Made by a program: the position numbers and the translations under genes. From an uncultured Bacilli bacterium (lineage in GTDB: Bacteria; Bacillota_I; Bacilli_A; RF39; UBA660), in NCBI GenBank assembly GCA_947623685.1, contig CANQHF010000006.1, positions 1 through 55,026 of the forward strand: 55,026 nt of DNA, written 5' to 3'. The notes under the pieces are model-generated. The model did not search any database. It saw only the letters and a list, made by a program, of their open reading frames with translations, and was not told where the DNA came from. Positions 48,484 through 55,026 of this stretch are shown one piece after another; position 1 is the first letter of the stretch; each line of letters opens with the position of its first letter.

Positions 48484-49329
48484 TCAAAATGGTTTTTTGC
48501 CTATTTTTTCTCCTAGCTTTACATATGTTTCATAACCGTTTTTAGAATTTTTTAATATTTCATCATTAATTTTTACTTTGTTTTTCTGAATGATCAATAC
48601 AACCGTTGAGCCACCATACATAAAATACCCTTTTTCTTCACCTTTTATGAATTTATTCTTATTTTTTAAATTATTTATTTTTCCAACTAATAATGCACCA
48701 ACTTCAACATACATTACCTTGCCGAAGTTTTTTGTTTTTAAAAGCGTACATTCTCTTTTATTTTCTTTAAAAACCTTATGTGTTTTATATACAATAGGAT
48801 TAACTGAGTGATATACTCCGTCTATTTTATAATTATTAATTATAGTTCCATCATCACAAAATACATAATGATGATAATCTTCAACAGAAAGTCTAAAAAC
48901 AAGGACAATACCATCTTTAAAAACTTCATCTTTAGAATTATCGTTTAAAATTGATGATAAAGAATAAGTACTGTTTTTGATTTTAAAAGTCAAGTCTTTA
49001 GTTATTTTATAACAAGTTAATCTTGAATCACAAGGTGCGATAAAAGATGAATCATCATGGTTAATTATTCTTGCATCTTTTTTTATCCTTCTTATAAAAA
49101 AGTCATTAAAGCATCTGTATTTTTCATTTTCAAAACAAGACATATTAATATTGTGTTTTTTTATAAATGGTTTAATTAATATTTTTGATAATTTTGTATC
49201 CATAAACTTACCAATTACAACTGATATAAATTTATTTTTAACAATTGGTGATAACAATATTCTTCCAACGTAAGTATTATATAAAAAACATAATCCTTTA
49301 TTGGGATTATTTTTTATTATTTTCATCAT
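48484..49329 (-). CDS. psd: Phosphatidylserine decarboxylase
   Basis: FNDFF.R, APCD, RL...DYH, KG.EKG.F.YGGST autocleavage site. Confidence 0.93.
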   Translation of the reverse strand: MMKIIKNNPNKGLCFLYNTYVGRILLSPIVKNKFISVVIGKFMDTKLSKILIKPFIKKHNINMSCFENEKYRCFNDFFIRRIKKDARIINHDDSSFIAPCDSRLTCYKITKDLTFKIKNSTYSLSSILNDNSKDEVFKDGIVLVFRLSVEDYHHYVFCDDGTIINNYKIDGVYHSVNPIVYKTHKVFKENKRECTLLKTKNFGKVMYVEVGALLVGKINNLKNKNKFIKGEEKGYFMYGGSTVVLIIQKNKVKINDEILKNSKNGYETYVKLGEKIGKKPF

Positions 49330-49952
49330 TATTTACCTGCCGTTAAAATGATAGCAATTTCAATTGCTGCTAAAATAGAACAAATTACAAACCAAAGACC
49401 AGCTGGTTTTTTTATCTTAATATTTAACACGAAAAGGAAGGCTACCACAAGCATCACAAGTGGATATGCTTTAATAAACACCATAGGCATAAAAAAGTTA
49501 ATATTATAAATAAATGGTAAAATTATTGCGATGCTAGTTACTGGTAAACCATGATAATATGATGCCTTATCCTTATTTTTCTTGCTTCTAGACTCTTCTG
49601 CAATAACGTTAAAATATGCTAATCTAACAACCGCTGTTAGAGCATATAAAATATAAATTATAATATTAATTCTAGAGGTAAATCCCATACAAATGCCTAA
49701 AACAATTGGAAAAATACCAAAACTTACCGTATCTACTAAAGAATCAATTTGAATACCAAATTTCTTTTCATCATCACTTCTTTTGCATGCTCTTGCTATC
49801 GTACCGTCAAACATATCACATATGCCAGATAAAATAAGACACATAATTGCAATTGAAATATTACCTTGAAAAGCCATTGCCATACCAACGACTGAAAAAG
49901 CAAGTCCAATGTAAGTTAAAACAACTGATAAACCATAATATCCTATAAACAT
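49329..49952 (-). CDS. pssA: CDP-diacylglycerol--serine O-phosphatidyltransferase
   Basis: CDP-alcohol motif D.FDG..AR...FG..DSL.D; operonic with psd. Confidence 0.88.
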   Translation of the reverse strand: MFIGYYGLSVVLTYIGLAFSVVGMAMAFQGNISIAIMCLILSGICDMFDGTIARACKRSDDEKKFGIQIDSLVDTVSFGIFPIVLGICMGFTSRINIIIYILYALTAVVRLAYFNVIAEESRSKKNKDKASYYHGLPVTSIAIILPFIYNINFFMPMVFIKAYPLVMLVVAFLFVLNIKIKKPAGLWFVICSILAAIEIAIILTAGK

Positions 49953-50028
49953 ATAAATACTCCTTAACACATATATTACAAACTAATTATATCATAATTA
50001 GTTTGTAATACCAACAAAAAAAGAAGAA

Positions 50029-51531
50029 TTAATCTTCTTTTTTAATATCAGCTTCTGGTTTCATAAGTGGAAATAATAGTACGTCCCTTATTGATGGTTG
50101 TTCTGCAAATAACATTATCATTCGATCAATACCATAACCTATACCACCTGCTGGAGGCATACCATACTCTAATGCTTCAACAAAATCCATATCAATGTCA
50201 TTAGCTTCTTCATTTCCTAACTCTTTTTCTTTTAATTGTGATTCAAATCTTTCTAATTGATCAATTGGATCATTTAATTCAGTATAAGCGTTTGCACACT
50301 CATGACCTGATATAAACAATTCAAACCTATCAACAAACCTTGGGTCACTAGGATTTTTTTTGGTAAGCGGAGATATTTCTATTGGGTGTCCATATAAAAA
50401 CGTTGGTTGTATAAGTGTTTGTTCAACATACTTTTCAAAAAATAAATTAATAATATGTCCAACCGTTTTCTCGTGTTCTTGAACTTCTATTTGATGTTCA
50501 TCAGCAAGTTTTAAAGCTTCATCTATGGACATTTCTTTCTTAAAATCAATTCCAGTTTGTTCTTTTATGGCATCAACCATCGAAACTCTTTTCCACTTGC
50601 CATCTAAATTTATTTCGTGTCCTAAGTAATTAAACGTTGTTTTGCCACATACTTCTTTAGCAATGGTTTGGTACATTTCTTCTGTTAAATCCATCATACC
50701 ATTTAAATCAGAATAAGCCTCATATATTTCCATCATCGTAAACTCAGGATTATGCTGTGGATCCATTCCCTCGTTTCTAAAGGTTCTTCCAATTTCATAT
50801 ACTTTTTCCATCCCACCAACTAATAATCTTTTCAAATTAAGCTCTAAGGCGATTCTTAAATACATATCTAAATCTTGAGTGTTATGATGGGTTATAAAAG
50901 GTCTTGCAGATGCTCCTGTTAAAAGCGTTGTTAAAATTGGTGTTTCAACTTCGCAAAATCCTTTTTTATCTAGAAAATTTTGAATACATCTAATAATTTT
51001 TGGCCTTATAAAAGCAACTTTTCTTGCTTCATCGTTCATTATTAAGTCAACATAACGTCTTCTATATCTTTCTTCTTTATCAGTTAAACCATGAAATTTT
51101 TCTGGAAGTGGTCTTAAAGCTTTTACTAAATGAGTATATTCTAAACATTTTATGGTTATTTCACCAGTTTTAGTTTTCATTACTTTTCCTTTAACACCAA
51201 CAATATCACCTACGTCAGCACTTTTAAATAAATTATAACATTCTTCACCAACATCATTTATTGATATATATATTTGAATTAATCCAGTTTTATCTTTTAT
51301 GGTAAAAAACGATGCTTTTCCCATTTTTCTTATAAACATTATTCTTCCAGCAACCGTATATTCATCATTTATATTTTCAAATTCATCATGATCTACATCT
51401 TGATATTTTTCTTTTATTGAAATGGCATAACCAGTTCTTTTAAAAGAATGACCAAAGGGATCTATTCCAAGTTCTTTTAACTTTTCAAGTTTTCCTCTTC
51501 TTACTTGTTCTTGTTCAGTTAGTTCTCTCAA
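50029..51531 (-). CDS. lysS: Lysyl-tRNA synthetase (class II)
   Basis: PLPEKFHGL, RYRRRYVDL, FRNEG, HNPEFT, YGMPP.GG. Confidence 0.98.
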   Translation of the reverse strand: MRELTEQEQVRRGKLEKLKELGIDPFGHSFKRTGYAISIKEKYQDVDHDEFENINDEYTVAGRIMFIRKMGKASFFTIKDKTGLIQIYISINDVGEECYNLFKSADVGDIVGVKGKVMKTKTGEITIKCLEYTHLVKALRPLPEKFHGLTDKEERYRRRYVDLIMNDEARKVAFIRPKIIRCIQNFLDKKGFCEVETPILTTLLTGASARPFITHHNTQDLDMYLRIALELNLKRLLVGGMEKVYEIGRTFRNEGMDPQHNPEFTMMEIYEAYSDLNGMMDLTEEMYQTIAKEVCGKTTFNYLGHEINLDGKWKRVSMVDAIKEQTGIDFKKEMSIDEALKLADEHQIEVQEHEKTVGHIINLFFEKYVEQTLIQPTFLYGHPIEISPLTKKNPSDPRFVDRFELFISGHECANAYTELNDPIDQLERFESQLKEKELGNEEANDIDMDFVEALEYGMPPAGGIGYGIDRMIMLFAEQPSIRDVLLFPLMKPEADIKKED

Positions 51532-51577
51532 CTTTAATTCACTCCTTTACTTCGTATTATTATAACATATATTTATC

Positions 51578-52678
51578 TTAATTACACTTATAGTTATTCT
51601 TTTTTAATTCATTAATAAATGATTTATAAGTAGTTTTAGAATTTATCTTTACATAACTAATTGGCATCAAATCCTGATTTATTTTATCAATTTCTTTAAA
51701 ATTCATAAGTGCAAAATCCAAATAACCATCAACCTTAATATTATCATCACTTAATTCATAAATATAAGTAAAACCAGGCATACCATTACTATTAACTATC
51801 ACTGGAACTTTTTGTTCTTTAATTGAATTTATTTCATTTTTAAATTCATCATTAAGCGCATTATAATTATAATTAGACTCAACATATAAAATAGAATTCA
51901 TCTTATGAGTAATTATATATTTATCAGTATAATTAAAACCAGCATCTTTAACATTATATTCACAAGTTACTTTTTTAGGTGTTAAGGCATTTTTAATAAT
52001 TATTGCTGCCAAGATGATTACTAATAGGATAATTACAACAATTATAATAGTTTTTATTTTACCGTTATTTTTCTTGAAATTAGCTTTACTTTGTAAAGAA
52101 TTATTATTTGTATTATTATTTATATTATTGTTGTTATTGTTATTAGCATAACTACTATTTTGATATTCATTTATGTTGTTATTACCATAATTACTATTTT
52201 GATACTCATTTATATTGTTGTTGCCATAACTACTATTTTGATATTCATTTATATTGTTGTTACCATAACTACTACTTTGATATTCATTTATATTGTTGTT
52301 ACCATAACTACTATTTTGATATTCATTTATATTGTTATTAGCATAACTACTATTTTGATATTCATTTATATTGTTATTAGCATAACTACTATTTTGATAT
52401 TCATTTATATTATTGTCACTGTAATAATTATTTTGAATTGTATTTAAATTAGTATTTTGTTCATTTTTAGTATCAGAAGAATTATCATTTATTTTGATAA
52501 TATTGTCGTCATCGTCAAAGTCTAAAAATTCTTCTTCATCATCTATTTTGTTATTGTCATCTAATAAATAATTACTTTCTTTGGAAACATTATTACTATT
52601 TGAAATATCAATTTCAATGGAGTCAGTACCAAATATATCATCTAATGCATCTTTTAAATCTTTATCACTATCATGCAT
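51578..52678 (-). CDS. Single-pass membrane protein with Asn-rich tandem repeats
   Basis: Acidic N-terminus, 7 x 13-aa repeats, TM, external domain KVTCEY...NYKCN; RBS GGAGGGG. Confidence 0.75.
   Translation of the reverse strand: MHDSDKDLKDALDDIFGTDSIEIDISNSNNVSKESNYLLDDNNKIDDEEEFLDFDDDDNIIKINDNSSDTKNEQNTNLNTIQNNYYSDNNINEYQNSSYANNNINEYQNSSYANNNINEYQNSSYGNNNINEYQSSSYGNNNINEYQNSSYGNNNINEYQNSNYGNNNINEYQNSSYANNNNNNNINNNTNNNSLQSKANFKKNNGKIKTIIIVVIILLVIILAAIIIKNALTPKKVTCEYNVKDAGFNYTDKYIITHKMNSILYVESNYNYNALNDEFKNEINSIKEQKVPVIVNSNGMPGFTYIYELSDDNIKVDGYLDFALMNFKEIDKINQDLMPISYVKINSKTTYKSFINELKKNNYKCN
52145..52417 (-). repeat. 7 x 39-bp tandem repeat (NNNINEYQNSSY[A/G])
   Basis: Unit close to (A/G)(G/C)CATAACTACTATTTTGATATTCATTTATATTGTTRTT, contiguous and in frame. 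Confidence 0.92.
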
Positions 52679-52742
52679 TAAAACCCCTCCTTTTTAATCC
52701 TAATATAGTATAACACAAAATAAAAAGTAATACTAGTTAGTA

Positions 52743-53390
52743 TTACTTTTTAACATCATCATTTTTAATTATATATAATTGATTACTTTTAATAAAGGCA
52801 TAAAAAATTTCGTCCGCCTTAATATTTTTATCAAGTAATATATTAAGTAACCATTTTTTAGATTTTTTAAGACTATATAAATTATCAAATTGTACTTCTC
52901 CGTCTAAAATAATTGGCAATGGATATACATCTTTATCTTTCGAATCATCTTTTTTAAATACAGATAATTTTCCATTTATTTCTAATATTGCATAATCAAC
53001 TTCGTCAATGCTTCTTATATCCTTTTCCCTTAATTGTAATAACAAATCATCTAGCGTATATCTTTGTTCTACCATTGTTTTAAAATTAATTATTCCCTTT
53101 TTTATAATTACGACTGGTTTACCATCAATAAATCTTCTAAATTTAGAATTTTTTAATGATATTGTGGATATTAAAATTTGAAGCAAAACCAAGATAACTA
53201 CGGGAATTAAATTAAAAATAAAGTTTTCTTTGTGTTCAAGTGCCATTGCTACTAATTCAGCGATTAATATAAAAACTACCAAATCAAAAGTTCCTAATTG
53301 TCCTACTTCTCTTTTACCCATTATTCTAAAAATAAAAGCAACTAATAAATATATAAAAAACGTTCTTAAAATTATAATATATAATTGCAT
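52743..53390 (-). CDS. DUF421 (YetF/YrbG) membrane protein
   Basis: RIMGKRE.GQL..FDLV, LLQLRE, AILE.NG.LSV, PLPIILDG. Confidence 0.9.
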   Translation of the reverse strand: MQLYIIILRTFFIYLLVAFIFRIMGKREVGQLGTFDLVVFILIAELVAMALEHKENFIFNLIPVVILVLLQILISTISLKNSKFRRFIDGKPVVIIKKGIINFKTMVEQRYTLDDLLLQLREKDIRSIDEVDYAILEINGKLSVFKKDDSKDKDVYPLPIILDGEVQFDNLYSLKKSKKWLLNILLDKNIKADEIFYAFIKSNQLYIIKNDDVKK

Positions 53391-53462
53391 AATATCACCA
53401 TTATTATTATGTTATATATCATATTTTTATATACAAATAATATATTTAATTAGAGGTGACTT

Positions 53463-54955
<1,493 letters not shown>

Positions 54956-55026
54956 TCACATTCCTTTCACTTCGTTCAAGGCACACATAGTCATGAAAAA
55001 ATTGAATAAAATTTATTTTATATTTA

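Noticed and set aside
52145-52417. Possible CRISPR array
   Set aside because: Units are contiguous with no unique spacers, in frame inside a CDS, and there are no cas genes.

Overview
Very AT-rich chromosomal segment (code 11) from a small-genome, probably spore-forming Bacilli/Firmicute. An RF39-like gut lineage is my inference from gene content and style, not a database result. The window appears to span the replication terminus: a canonical 28-bp dif site lies at 24588-24615, about 20 of 25 genes to its left are on + and about 24 of 28 to its right are on -, and xerD lies 2.7 kb away. The left arm carries a type IV pilus cluster, ylbJ, an Ig-repeat/M23 surface protein, mutS, nusB, xseAB, spoIVB and spoIIM. 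The right arm carries an AbiEi/AbiEii TA pair, zupT, xerD, rarA, tcdA, 6S RNA, hisS-aspS with a very compact T-box, lemA, dtd, rel, secDF, spoVB, psd/pssA, lysS and tgt. The standout is a complete IS110 element (33082-34864, CT core at both ends). Its circle junction reconstitutes a perfect TTGACA-17-TATAAT promoter, and its left non-coding end holds a readable bridge RNA. The target guides spell TCACATCCTTTCT, 12/13 identical to the Firmicute 16S anti-Shine-Dalgarno, and the element has inserted at an RBS, separating a gene from its promoter. Other notable items: an ultra-short T-box, a Rel with HDxxED changed to HDxxNF, and candidate leaderless sporulation transcripts.
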